The notes under the pieces were generated by a model. That model searched no databases and was not told the origin of the DNA. It saw nothing but the letters and a program-made list of their open reading frames with translations. This document shows positions 1-8,197 of a DNA stretch of 37,373 nucleotides, piece by piece; position 1 is the stretch's first letter, and each line of letters starts with the position of its first letter. Origin of the DNA: Elusimicrobiota bacterium (GTDB lineage Bacteria > Elusimicrobiota > Elusimicrobia > Elusimicrobiales > UBA9959); NCBI GenBank assembly GCA_027340875.1, contig DAIENX010000090.1, positions 1 to 37,373 of the forward strand, read 5' to 3'. Position numbers and translations under genes: made by a program.

Positions 1-333
1 GTCCCTCAGGCCGGCATTATACGCCTGGGTGGTATCCACCGGTTGCGGCTGCGGCTGGGGTTGGGATTGAGGCTGAGGCTGCGGACCGGGATGGCCGCCA
101 TTGCTGCCACCGGGGCCGCCGTTGTTGCCGCCAGGACCGCCGTGGTTGCCGCCGGGGCCGCCGTGATTGCCGCCAAGCTGCTGGCCGTTAAATTCTTTCT
201 GCTCTTGTATGAGCTGGTTTACGGCGCCGCCGATATCCGACAACCGCATGACGGAGCCGTCGGCAGCGAACACCATGCTCGAGGCTATCAAAAGAGAAGG
301 GAGCAACGACACCGCGTGGAAGGACTTTTTCAT
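1..333 (-). CDS. Secreted protein, partial (runs off window start), with Gly-rich GGNxGGP repeats and a PQ tract
   Basis: Not in the ORF track. Manual translation from ATG 333: MKKSFHAVSLLPSLLIASSMVFAADG...GGNHGGPGGNHGGPGGNNGGPGG...PQPQPQSQPQPQPQP...; open to position 1; AGGGG RBS upstream; same orientation as the array. Confidence 0.8.
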   Translation of the reverse strand, partial: MKKSFHAVSLLPSLLIASSMVFAADGSVMRLSDIGGAVNQLIQEQKEFNGQQLGGNHGGPGGNHGGPGGNNGGPGGSNGGHPGPQPQPQSQPQPQPQPVDTTQAYNAGLRD

Positions 334-407
334 CAATATACCCCTGTATACCGGTTTTTTTCGTAATTTCGATAAATGCATTTGTAAACACACCCCAAAT
401 TGCCCCG

Positions 408-1664
408 TTATTTCGACAGCCACTCCGCGAATTCGTCCCACTGCGTGTCCGCCGCGAACTTGAGCTCCTTGTAGGCTTTCTTCTCCAGCAGCACCGGCGG
501 CAGGTAGACCGCTATACCGTTGGAGCTGTTGAGCGGCCAGAGGCTTTTCTTGTTTATGACCACCAAGTCGTCGGAGATGAAGCGCGTCAGTTTTTTGGCG
601 GCGGCTTTCACGGCCGGGTCGGAGGCCTTGCCGGCGGCCAGCGAGGCGAAGTCGTAAAGGTCCTTGTTGCCCAGTGCGTCGTAGGTCTGCGCGGCCTTGC
701 GCGCCTTGACCAGCGCGGCCTTGTCGCCGGAGCGCATGGCGGCGCGGGCGAAGGCGTCCATCAGGGAGGCGAGCTCGCCCGCTTTGCCGGCGCGGATGAG
801 CGAATGGGTGGAGATGAGTTTCTTGTCCACCAAGTTGCCGGCCAGGAAGGCCTTCACGGTGCGCGTGCCAAGCTCTTCGGCGCCCATCGCGGGGGCGGCC
901 GCCAGCGCGCCCAGCACTTCGCGGTAGTTGTAGCCGTCGTTGGGCTCGGTCTGCTCGGAAGCGGCTATGTAATCCACCGCGCCGCGAATTTCGTAGGCCA
1001 CCTCGGCCATCTGCATCAGGCAGGCGTCGAAGGCCAGCAGGTCTATATGCCCCATCCCGGCCAGCGCGCGGCCCAGCTGAGGGGTGTCTATGTTATGGCC
1101 GGTCTCGTCGTCGTACGAGATGCCCTTCTCCGGGGCGGGGTCGCCCTTGAGCCAGCCGGAGCCGTGGTTCCAGACCACCAGCATGTACCTGCGGGCCGGG
1201 TATTCGCGCTTGGCCCACTCCACGAACTTCTCCAGTTCCTTCACGTCGCCCATGTCGGCCTGGCCCAGGTCGGCCACGGCTTTGGAATTGACTATGGCGG
1301 GATCCGCGTCGCGGGTTATGCAGAAGCGCCGGACTCCGGTCCAGTCGCCGTTGGAGGCGTCGAAGCCCTTCATGCGGCCCACCTGCGCCACTATATTGAC
1401 CTTCGGCCCGGAGCCCACGGTCTCCATCTCGTTGAGGTCGCTTATGCCGTATTTCTCCAGGTTGTTCTTGGCGTTCATGAAGACCATCACCGTCCACTCC
1501 TTGAGCGGAGGAGGCGGCGGAACGGCGAGGGCCGGGATGGCCGCGGCTTCCACGGTATAGGTCTGCCCGGCGAAGTCCAGCGCCGGCACGGCGCCTGTAT
1601 CCGCCGCCGCGGCAGCGCCGGCGGAAGAGAGCACAGCTATCAGCACGCCAAGTTTTTTAAGCAT
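408..1664 (-). CDS. Clostripain-related cysteine peptidase (family C11), secreted
   Basis: Signal peptide; WTVMVFMNAKNNLE, VVWNHGSGW (catalytic His), FDACLM (catalytic Cys) and ASEQTEP motifs; AAGGA RBS. Confidence 0.92.
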   Translation of the reverse strand: MLKKLGVLIAVLSSAGAAAAADTGAVPALDFAGQTYTVEAAAIPALAVPPPPPLKEWTVMVFMNAKNNLEKYGISDLNEMETVGSGPKVNIVAQVGRMKGFDASNGDWTGVRRFCITRDADPAIVNSKAVADLGQADMGDVKELEKFVEWAKREYPARRYMLVVWNHGSGWLKGDPAPEKGISYDDETGHNIDTPQLGRALAGMGHIDLLAFDACLMQMAEVAYEIRGAVDYIAASEQTEPNDGYNYREVLGALAAAPAMGAEELGTRTVKAFLAGNLVDKKLISTHSLIRAGKAGELASLMDAFARAAMRSGDKAALVKARKAAQTYDALGNKDLYDFASLAAGKASDPAVKAAAKKLTRFISDDLVVINKKSLWPLNSSNGIAVYLPPVLLEKKAYKELKFAADTQWDEFAEWLSK

Positions 1665-1690
1665 TGATCAGTCCTTTTTGTTCCCTGGGA

Positions 1691-2290
1691 TCAATTCCTG
1701 CCGTTCCAAATGGTCTCCAAACATTCATTCTCGACCCTGGTCGCGGCGGCTTTAGCCGACTCTATGTAACGCTGGTCGCGGACGGAGGCGGCGGTTGCGG
1801 CCGCCGCCGGGGCGGGGCGCTCGGAGCGGACTATATAAAAGAAGCCGCCGGAAGCCTCCCGCAGGAGCGAGGAGAAGAGCACCGGCCTGCCGCCGGCGTT
1901 GAGCCTTTTCACCTCTGCGGCCATAGCCCGGCCGGCCGCGGCCCTGCCGCCGAACACCGCGCTTACCGCAAGATCTCCGTTCTCGCCGGCGTCTGACAGA
2001 TAAGCTTCCCGTTCCGCCTCCTGGATGGGGCCGGAACCGTCTACATAAGCGGACTCCTCTTCGATGTCCCGCAGCGCGTCACGGAAATCTGCCGTAGTGA
2101 CCGACGCCGGGGCCGCAACCGGCTGGACCGGAGCAACCGGCGCTGCGGCGGGGGCCTGCGCCGCCGGCGGAGCCGTGTTGATCACCACCGCCGGACTTTC
2201 CTGGCGGTATGTACGCTTTGCATTGTCCATCAGGACGAAAACGCTGGACGATATTATCACTATCGTAAGGATCTCGGTCAGTTTGTTCAT
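1691..2290 (-). CDS. Hypothetical membrane-anchored protein with Pro/Ala linker
   Basis: ORF track gives 1691..2323; GAGGAG RBS favours ATG 2290 (MNKLTEILTIVIISSSVFVLM, N-terminal hydrophobic helix). Confidence 0.7.
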   Translation of the reverse strand: MNKLTEILTIVIISSSVFVLMDNAKRTYRQESPAVVINTAPPAAQAPAAAPVAPVQPVAAPASVTTADFRDALRDIEEESAYVDGSGPIQEAEREAYLSDAGENGDLAVSAVFGGRAAAGRAMAAEVKRLNAGGRPVLFSSLLREASGGFFYIVRSERPAPAAAATAASVRDQRYIESAKAAATRVENECLETIWNGRN

Positions 2291-2319
2291 ATCAGCTCTC
2301 CTCAAATAAATCAATCTGG

Positions 2320-2754
2320 TCAATCAGCCACCATAACGGTCAGGAACGCCGCGAAAGCCAGGCCGCCCACCAGAAGCACCGCCGCTTCAGGAGCCACTAC
2401 AGCCGCCAGTACCGCTGCGCCGACCACCAGCAGCCCGCCGCCTATCACGCGGGGGTCGGTGTAGGGGTTATCGAAGCCTTTGTTGGCGCCCGCGTTCATG
2501 CTCTTAAGTGCCGGGGGGGCCGTTACGCCAAGCTTGGCGTAATCCTTGGCCGGAGCGTTGACCCTGGCTTTTTCCACCGGCGCCAATTCCCCCTTTATCT
2601 CCACCGGGGAAGCCGCCGCCATGCGCGCGGCGGTCTGCATTTCGGAAAAAGTTTTGCCGCTGTCCATCCTGGAGCCTTCATAGTTATAGCCGGCGGCCGA
2701 GGCCGAGCCGGAAAGCGCCAGGGAAACCGTAAGGAGAAGTATCGTCTTTTTCAT
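2320..2754 (-). CDS. Hypothetical exported protein with C-terminal hydrophobic helices
   Basis: Signal peptide MKKTILLLTVSLALSGSASA, homologous to the leader of 8198..9610; C-terminal 40 aa strongly hydrophobic. Confidence 0.8.
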   Translation of the reverse strand: MKKTILLLTVSLALSGSASAAGYNYEGSRMDSGKTFSEMQTAARMAAASPVEIKGELAPVEKARVNAPAKDYAKLGVTAPPALKSMNAGANKGFDNPYTDPRVIGGGLLVVGAAVLAAVVAPEAAVLLVGGLAFAAFLTVMVAD

Positions 2755-2801
2755 AATTTTCGTCTGAACCAGTCCTTTGTTTTAAGTTCCGTCCACGATA
2801 A

Positions 2802-2926
2802 TATTTTAGCCCGCCCCTGGCCGGAACGCCTGAGGCGCGGGGCCCATCTATTCATGTTATTAGCCCCCCCGCTCCTGCCCCGGCGGCTTACGCCGGCAGG
2901 AGAACTAAAAACGATGTTTTATGACG
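2802..2926 (-). promoter_or_regulatory. Conserved upstream element, copy A
   Basis: + strand: TATTTTAGC(2802)-N17-GCCTGAGGC(2828)...GGCTTACG(ends 2892)...GTTTT-ATG-ACG(ends 2926); directly upstream of the gene starting at 2754. Confidence 0.75.
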
Positions 2927-2945
2927 CGGCAAACGGCTAAAGAGA

Positions 2946-2978
2946 GCCGCGCCCCCGGGGAGGCTCCGGGAGCGCGGC
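2946..2978 (-). terminator. GC-rich hairpin, probable intrinsic terminator
   Basis: GCCGCGCCCCCGG...CCGGGAGCGCGGC stem followed on the minus strand by TCTCTTT; homologous to the 9796..9826 hairpin. Confidence 0.6.
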
Positions 2979-3007
2979 GGGCCATTATCTCTTTCGACCT
3001 CTCCTGA

Positions 3008-3067
3008 TCACTTCGACGCGGTTTTGTATTCCAAAATCGTCGCCGTCGCTATCATTACTTTCTCCAT
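3008..3067 (-). pseudogene. 19-aa stub ORF (MEKVMIATATILEYKTASK), probable deletion remnant
   Basis: AAGGGA RBS; start resembles a signal-peptide n-region; followed by another AGGAGAGG RBS-like sequence just before the terminator. Confidence 0.35.
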
Positions 3068-3105
3068 GACTGTTTTTCCCTTATAAATATCGTTTTCCGC
3101 TAAAC

Positions 3106-3639
3106 TCACTTTAAGCTGCAACTCATCAGGACGGGAGCCTCGGGAGCCATATAATCGCCGTTATCAGAGTACACTGTAAAATAGGCCGGGAACGTTCCGG
3201 ACTGCCCGCCCGTAAATATGGCCTTCGGGAGAGAGAGTTCAAAACCTTCCCATGCGGTGGCGTCGCTGTAAAACTTCATAAACGAATATTTAGCCTCGTT
3301 GACGCGCATGATCCTCTCAAAGGTGAACTGCGCGGGCAGTTTTGTCGACATATTCAGCGGCAGACTGTCTTCAGGATCCGCCAGGACCAGCTTGGCTCCC
3401 TTCTCGCTTATAGTTCCCTTGAGCGCGGCTTTCTGTCCGGAAGAACACTCCAGCGACAGCCGCTTCGCTTTAGCGGCCGGGGCCTGGATCACGGCAGGCG
3501 CCGGTTCCGGCAGCTTTACGGATATCGCGCTGACTTCCCGAGGCGTCATCCTCTGCATGCCGGAGAAGTCGCCCGCAGACGCGCCGCAGACCGTCCCCAG
3601 TAGAATCGCTGCCAGCATTGTTTTTATCGTGTTATTCAT
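3106..3639 (-). CDS. Hypothetical secreted protein
   Basis: Signal peptide (MNNTIKTMLAAILLGTVCGASA), AAGGAG RBS, Pro-rich linker, Cys near both ends of the mature domain. Confidence 0.82.
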   Translation of the reverse strand: MNNTIKTMLAAILLGTVCGASAGDFSGMQRMTPREVSAISVKLPEPAPAVIQAPAAKAKRLSLECSSGQKAALKGTISEKGAKLVLADPEDSLPLNMSTKLPAQFTFERIMRVNEAKYSFMKFYSDATAWEGFELSLPKAIFTGGQSGTFPAYFTVYSDNGDYMAPEAPVLMSCSLK

Positions 3640-3733
3640 AATTTTCTTTTCTCCTTGTTCACCCGCTGTGCTGTATCGTTCTTCCCGGATCTGCTTGTCC
3701 AGGCGCGTGAAGGCTTTCTCCGGCCGGGCCGGC

Positions 3734-4648
3734 TTACTTGACCTTCAGCATGTCCACGGCGCCGATCTTCTCAAGACCGTCCACGGTCCGGCTGATCTCT
3801 ATGCGGGACTGCCAGCGCTGCATCTGCGAAGGTATGTTGTGGAGGGTGAGCGTGGTCACCAGTTCCAGCTTGCGGTCGGGACCGGCCTTGCGCGCCAGCA
3901 CGCCGCCTTTCAGCGACAGCGCCTTGAAACCGGCCAGGGACGGCTTGGCGTAGGAGTGGGGGTAGTTGTCGAAACTCTGCGTATTGTCCACGGAGGAGAC
4001 CAGGGCCATGCCGGGGGTCAGGATGTCGCGGTCCTCTACGAACTGGTTCATCAGCATGGCGTCCGGGTCGGCGGCCAGCTCCGAGCCGGCCAGCGGCTTG
4101 CCTTCCACCAGCACGTCAACTACGGCGTCGTTCATTTTGAGCAGGTTGACGGGAGTGTTATCGGCGGCGTAGCTCGCGAGGGCGGCTTTGCCCTGCATGC
4201 TGAGCGCGAAGAGCATGGTGTTGTCAGCCTTGGAATTGACGTAGACGGCCACGTCGAAGTTGTCCAACTTGGCGCCCTGGACGCCGTCGAAGGATTCGAT
4301 GGCCGGTATCAGCAGGCGGCCTGCGCCGTCTATCTCCACCGGAACGGTGCGGCTGCCGCAGACATGCGGCTGGGGCCAAAGGCCGGAGCGGTACATGCAG
4401 TTTACGACCAGCCTGGCCTTGTAGTCGGCCAGGTTGACGGAGTTCTGCTCAACCTGGAGCTGTACGGCCTTAGCCTGCAGCAGCACCTTCGCGGCGCTCT
4501 GCGCCTGCGGGATTGGCAGAACGTCGAAGGCGGAAGCCTTGGCCGCTATATCGGAGGCCTTCAGGCTCTGCAGGTCGGCCAGATCGGCCGCCTTGGCGCC
4601 CGCGGCGGCCAGCATCAGTATCATCGCTATCATTCCAGTCTTTTTCAT
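3734..4648 (-). CDS. Hypothetical secreted protein, paralog of 14195..15127
   Basis: Signal peptide; shares QLQVEQNSVNLADY, NCMYRSGLWPQPHVCGSR and HSYxKPSLA with 14195..15127; AAGGAG RBS. Confidence 0.88.
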   Translation of the reverse strand: MKKTGMIAMILMLAAAGAKAADLADLQSLKASDIAAKASAFDVLPIPQAQSAAKVLLQAKAVQLQVEQNSVNLADYKARLVVNCMYRSGLWPQPHVCGSRTVPVEIDGAGRLLIPAIESFDGVQGAKLDNFDVAVYVNSKADNTMLFALSMQGKAALASYAADNTPVNLLKMNDAVVDVLVEGKPLAGSELAADPDAMLMNQFVEDRDILTPGMALVSSVDNTQSFDNYPHSYAKPSLAGFKALSLKGGVLARKAGPDRKLELVTTLTLHNIPSQMQRWQSRIEISRTVDGLEKIGAVDMLKVK

Positions 4649-4690
4649 GATCTTCTCTCCTTATGTATGCCGGTTCGCCGGCCTCATTAA

Positions 4691-4816
4691 TAGTTTAGCT
4701 GTCCCGCGGGATTTCCGCCTGAGGCTGAGGTCACATCCCTGCGGCGTATTTCGCACTATTCGTTTTGCCCCGCCGGCTTACGTGGCGTGACGCGCCAGAA
4801 ACGCTGTTTCAGTACG
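4691..4816 (-). promoter_or_regulatory. Conserved upstream element, copy B
   Basis: TAGTTTAGC(4691)-N17-GCCTGAGGC(4717)...TTGCCCCGCCGGCTTACG(ends 4782)...GTTTC-AGT-ACG(ends 4816). Confidence 0.8.
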
Positions 4817-4961
4817 TGAAGCGGCCTTATAAAGGCACCTGGAAGCAGGAGACTCCGGCGGCGGTTCTGCGCCAACAGTCCGCTTACGGTGAAATCTACC
4901 TGTTTTGGGACCGCTTTTCCCAGGGCGGCCAGGGACCGGTCGTGAATATAGGACAAATAGA

Positions 4962-4999
4962 GGGGCGCAATACCCGGGCGAAGTCGAGTATTGCGCCCC
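4962..4999 (-). terminator. Hairpin downstream of 5021..6364, probable terminator
   Basis: Perfect 12-bp inverted repeat GGGGCGCAATAC / GTATTGCGCCCC, followed on the minus strand by TCTATTTGT. Confidence 0.65.
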
Positions 5000-5020
5000 C
5001 GTAACCCTGCCGGACCGCGC

Positions 5021-6364
5021 TTAGAGTGCGCAGGCGTTGGCGCGGATTATGAGCAGCTGCGCGTCGAGGGCCGCGGCTACGCTCTCCACCTCGTAACCGG
5101 ACAAGCGGGTATAGTCCGGGGTGCCGGCTATGGAAGCGGCCAGCTTGTGCAGACGGGCGGTGAAGCGCTCCATGCGCATAAGTTCCGTGCGCAGCGCCAT
5201 GCCGTCCAGCTCCCTTATGGCCTCCTCCATGCCGTACAGGGCGCCCTCGATGCCGAAGGAAGCGTCAGCCACGCCGCGCGTGTACGCCTCGGGCGCCTGG
5301 CCGTTGACGGCCATGGCCACGGTCTTGAGCCGCCCGGAGTGCATGCGCGACAGCCGCACGGCGCTGTCCAGGAAGGAATTGGGGGAGAGGCTCTTCTCCT
5401 GTGCCGCGCCGGTCTTATGCAGCGCGTCGTAGACGGGTTTGGCCACCACCACGTCCGTCACATAGTAATATTTGGCCAGGCCGAGGGCGGTGTCCGCCGC
5501 GTCCATCCCCGCCGCGTCCACTATGACCGTCCAGGGAAGCGTCCCGTGGACGGTTTTGAACTTATAGCCGGCCTTGGTCAGATCAGCGAAAACAATATCG
5601 ATGAATTGATTGTCGTCGATGTCCCAGGAGATGACCACTTTTATCTTGTCGTCGGCCATGTCGCCAGTTTTTATTTTGCGCAGGGCCATGTTCTGCTGGT
5701 TGTTCAGCTTCTTTTCAGACCTCTCCCGCATCTGGCCCACTATGAAGTCCCAGCAGGCCGGGGCCACGTCGTCGCTGCCCGCCCAGCCGGGGTTGGAGTA
5801 CTGGATGCCGCTGCTGGACAGTTCGTTCATGTCTACGGTGTAATTGTTATCGTAGTTGGAATCCCACTGCCCGTTGGCGAAGAAAGCCAGCTCTATCTTC
5901 TGTATCCCGCGGAAGCCCAGGTTGTCGGCCAGGGTGATGTAGTTCTCGTGGATCATCGCCGGGGTCATGAAGCCCGTGCCGTGCCACTCTTTGCCCAGCT
6001 CGATGTCGCGCGTGGACAGCTTGGTCCGGCCGTCCCCGCCGTAATACGAGACCATGACCCGCGCGGTTATCTTCTCGGCCCCGCCCAGGATGCCGCTTTT
6101 CTTATAGCCGATGATCAACCGCGTGTCCATCATGCCGCTGCCCACCGTGGCCAGCACGGCCGGGCCCCTGTTGACCACGTGCACCTTCTGATAACCGTAA
6201 TCCACCGGATAGTTGGACTTCTCCAGCTCCGGCATGGGGATGAAGACCCCTTCCTGCGCCTTAAGGTCGGCGGCCCTGAGGCCGTTGAGTTCCGCCCCGC
6301 CCGCGGCCAGAGCCGCGCCGGGCACCGCCGCCATCATCACCGCCAGCATTATCTTCTTGTTCAT
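5021..6364 (-). CDS. Secreted protein with CBM21/DUF6209-like WDxNY motif and a 106-aa inserted domain; paralog of 15182..16207
   Basis: Start set at MNKKIMLAVMMAA (6364) from the RBS and the paralog; IELAFFANGQWDSNYDNNY resembles starch/carbohydrate-binding module motifs; near-identical to 15182..16207 outside the insert. Confidence 0.85.
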   Translation of the reverse strand: MNKKIMLAVMMAAVPGAALAAGGAELNGLRAADLKAQEGVFIPMPELEKSNYPVDYGYQKVHVVNRGPAVLATVGSGMMDTRLIIGYKKSGILGGAEKITARVMVSYYGGDGRTKLSTRDIELGKEWHGTGFMTPAMIHENYITLADNLGFRGIQKIELAFFANGQWDSNYDNNYTVDMNELSSSGIQYSNPGWAGSDDVAPACWDFIVGQMRERSEKKLNNQQNMALRKIKTGDMADDKIKVVISWDIDDNQFIDIVFADLTKAGYKFKTVHGTLPWTVIVDAAGMDAADTALGLAKYYYVTDVVVAKPVYDALHKTGAAQEKSLSPNSFLDSAVRLSRMHSGRLKTVAMAVNGQAPEAYTRGVADASFGIEGALYGMEEAIRELDGMALRTELMRMERFTARLHKLAASIAGTPDYTRLSGYEVESVAAALDAQLLIIRANACAL

Positions 6365-6474
6365 TTGTTCCTGTCCTTTTCTGTGAGTTGATGGGGAACA
6401 GTGGTCTCCCCTGGTGTCCGGCAAAGCAGCTCTGCAACCGCCGGTCTTAGCGGCGCCCGCCTTCTGGCGCCGGG

Positions 6475-7149
6475 TCAGTTGCGGCACTTGACCGGCGCGA
6501 AGTAATAGGAGTAGATCTCTCCGCGGTTATCCCCGGGCACGATCCTGGTAATGATGTAGCCCGAATTCATCCTGACGGACATCACGCCCGTCTCCCAGTC
6601 AAGACCAAAGGATTCGGCGGCGGCGGAACCATTGGAGAATTTCGCCGGGTTCAGCGACACACGTGTGCTGCAGTAATCCACGACGAGCCGCTCTTCTCCG
6701 ATCTGGAACACCGCCGGGCCGTTTACGTTGAAGAGCGGCCCGCCGTCCGCGTAAGGGTTCGGCAGGGGCTGGCGTTGCCCGACAAACGCCGCGCGCATTA
6801 TCAGAGGTTTTCCGAGACCCATCATGAAAGACCTGCCCTCGAACATGCCGGTCAGGTCTGACTCCGAGGGTTGGGCGCCGGTATCGAACAGGCGCTTTAG
6901 TTCGACAAAAGGATTTGCCGGCCCCGCCGCGGCGTCTTTCAGCGCCGTTCCGGAGAACAGCGGCCCCGCGTCGTCCAGGACTTTGTCCAGGCAAGCCAGG
7001 CGCTCAATAGCGGCCGGTTCCGGGACTTTGATCTCTTCAGCCCTTTCCAGTTCCAGGCCGTTCATCGCGACGGCCGCTCTCTCCAGATCTCCGGCCCGGG
7101 CGGCGCCCGCGGCTGAAACAAGTATCAGTACCGCCAGTATCTTCTTCAT
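6475..7149 (-). CDS. Hypothetical secreted protein, divergent paralog of 16267..17010
   Basis: Leader MKKILAVLILVSAAGAARAGDLE; shared LFxxG...DLTG...GRxF, DxGPLF and C-terminal YxYYF motifs. Confidence 0.85.
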   Translation of the reverse strand: MKKILAVLILVSAAGAARAGDLERAAVAMNGLELERAEEIKVPEPAAIERLACLDKVLDDAGPLFSGTALKDAAAGPANPFVELKRLFDTGAQPSESDLTGMFEGRSFMMGLGKPLIMRAAFVGQRQPLPNPYADGGPLFNVNGPAVFQIGEERLVVDYCSTRVSLNPAKFSNGSAAAESFGLDWETGVMSVRMNSGYIITRIVPGDNRGEIYSYYFAPVKCRN

Positions 7150-7220
7150 AATTTATGTTTCTCCTTATATTTACCGGAACGCCTTGCCGTTGCTTGCCAG
7201 TCATTGTCCGGCTACATGTA

Positions 7221-7346
7221 TAGTTTATCCGCAAGGGGGCCTTTTCGCATGAGGCCGCGGTCCCGTCCCGGCGGCATATTTCGCACTACGCTCTTTGCCC
7301 CGCCGGCTTACGTCCGCGCACGAACTGCGATCGCTGTTTTGGCACG
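7221..7346 (-). promoter_or_regulatory. Conserved upstream element, copy C
   Basis: TAGTTTATC(7221)-N17-GCATGAGGC(7247)...TTGCCCCGCCGGCTTACG(ends 7312)...GTTTT-GGC-ACG(ends 7346). Confidence 0.8.
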
Positions 7347-7371
7347 CAGGCTGCCGCTACGCGCCCGCCCC

Positions 7372-7899
7372 TCACCGCATGCAGATATACTTGGCGAACG
7401 AGTAACCCGCGCCGGGGGTCTTTATATAACCGCCCATCTTCCCGTTCTTAAGCTTGTAGCCGCCGTCCATGAGCTGTTCCTCTGCGTAGAACTGGAACAG
7501 CGGGCCGTCGGCGTAGGAGCCGGAGTGCGGATCGACCACGTTGAATTTGCGGAACCCGACCAGCGAACTTCCGGCCTGGGGCGTGTAGCCCGGCACGGCG
7601 ACGTATTTTTCGGTGACGTAGTCCATCATGTCGAACGACAGGTACATGGTGTCCCGGCCGCTGAACCTCAGCGTCAGCTTCTCCAGATCGTACGGCTGGT
7701 TGTCGTCCACGCCGTAGCACTTAAATTTGAATTCCGCCCGCCTTTCCACCGCTGCCGCGGCCTTCGGGAGCGGCACCTCCGCCGCGGGCATAAGGGCCAG
7801 GTCCGCTGTCTTCATGCGCTGCAGGTCGGCAAGATCGGCCGCCTTGGCGCCCGCCGCCGCCAGCATCAGCATTACCACTATCATTCCGGTCTTTTTCAT
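7372..7899 (-). CDS. Hypothetical secreted protein
   Basis: Start set at ATG 7899 behind AAGGAGG; leader MKKTGMIVVMLMLAAAGAKAADLADLQ almost the same as that of 3734..4648, body unrelated. Confidence 0.85.
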   Translation of the reverse strand: MKKTGMIVVMLMLAAAGAKAADLADLQRMKTADLALMPAAEVPLPKAAAAVERRAEFKFKCYGVDDNQPYDLEKLTLRFSGRDTMYLSFDMMDYVTEKYVAVPGYTPQAGSSLVGFRKFNVVDPHSGSYADGPLFQFYAEEQLMDGGYKLKNGKMGGYIKTPGAGYSFAKYICMR

Positions 7900-7909
7900 G
7901 TTTTCCTCC

Positions 7910-8122
7910 TTAAAATCGCCGGTCTTGCCGGCCTGCCTCATCACTCCAGTAGCTGAATTCAGTCCGCGTTCTCCCCGCGGCTGCCGTATTCGGGATCCGT
8001 GCCCCTGCCGCCGGCGCCAGGCTCAGGTCCCTTGCCCTCAGGCGCTGCAGGTCGGCTATCTCGGCCGCCAGCGCGCCCGCGGCGATTCCCGCCATCACTA
8101 CCGCTATGATCAGTCCTTTCAT
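7910..8122 (-). pseudogene. Leader-only 70-aa ORF, probably a truncated paralog of 7372..7899
   Basis: ADLQRLRARDLSLAPAAGARIPNTAAAGRTRTEFSY aligns with ADLQRMKTADLALMPAAEVPLPKAAAAVERRAEFKF; the ORF ends just where the mature domain would begin. Confidence 0.65.
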
Positions 8123-8197
8123 GGTGTCTTCTTCGCTCCCCGCTTTCCTCCGGCCCGCCGCGCTGACCGGAGGTCTTCTTCTTCACTCTTCCGCGTC

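Noticed and set aside
40..180. Short tandem repeats as a CRISPR array
   Set aside because: They are in-frame coding repeats (PQ and GGNxGGP) with no unique spacers; no cas genes are present.
2872..2902. Conserved RNA hairpin around GGCTTACG (riboswitch or ncRNA)
   Set aside because: A good stem forms only in copy A; the other copies show no consistent pairing, and the region lies upstream of the putative -10 box.
4756..4956. 66-aa minus-strand ORF as a real gene
   Set aside because: No RBS or signal peptide, and it overlaps element B; it may be a remnant but cannot be supported.
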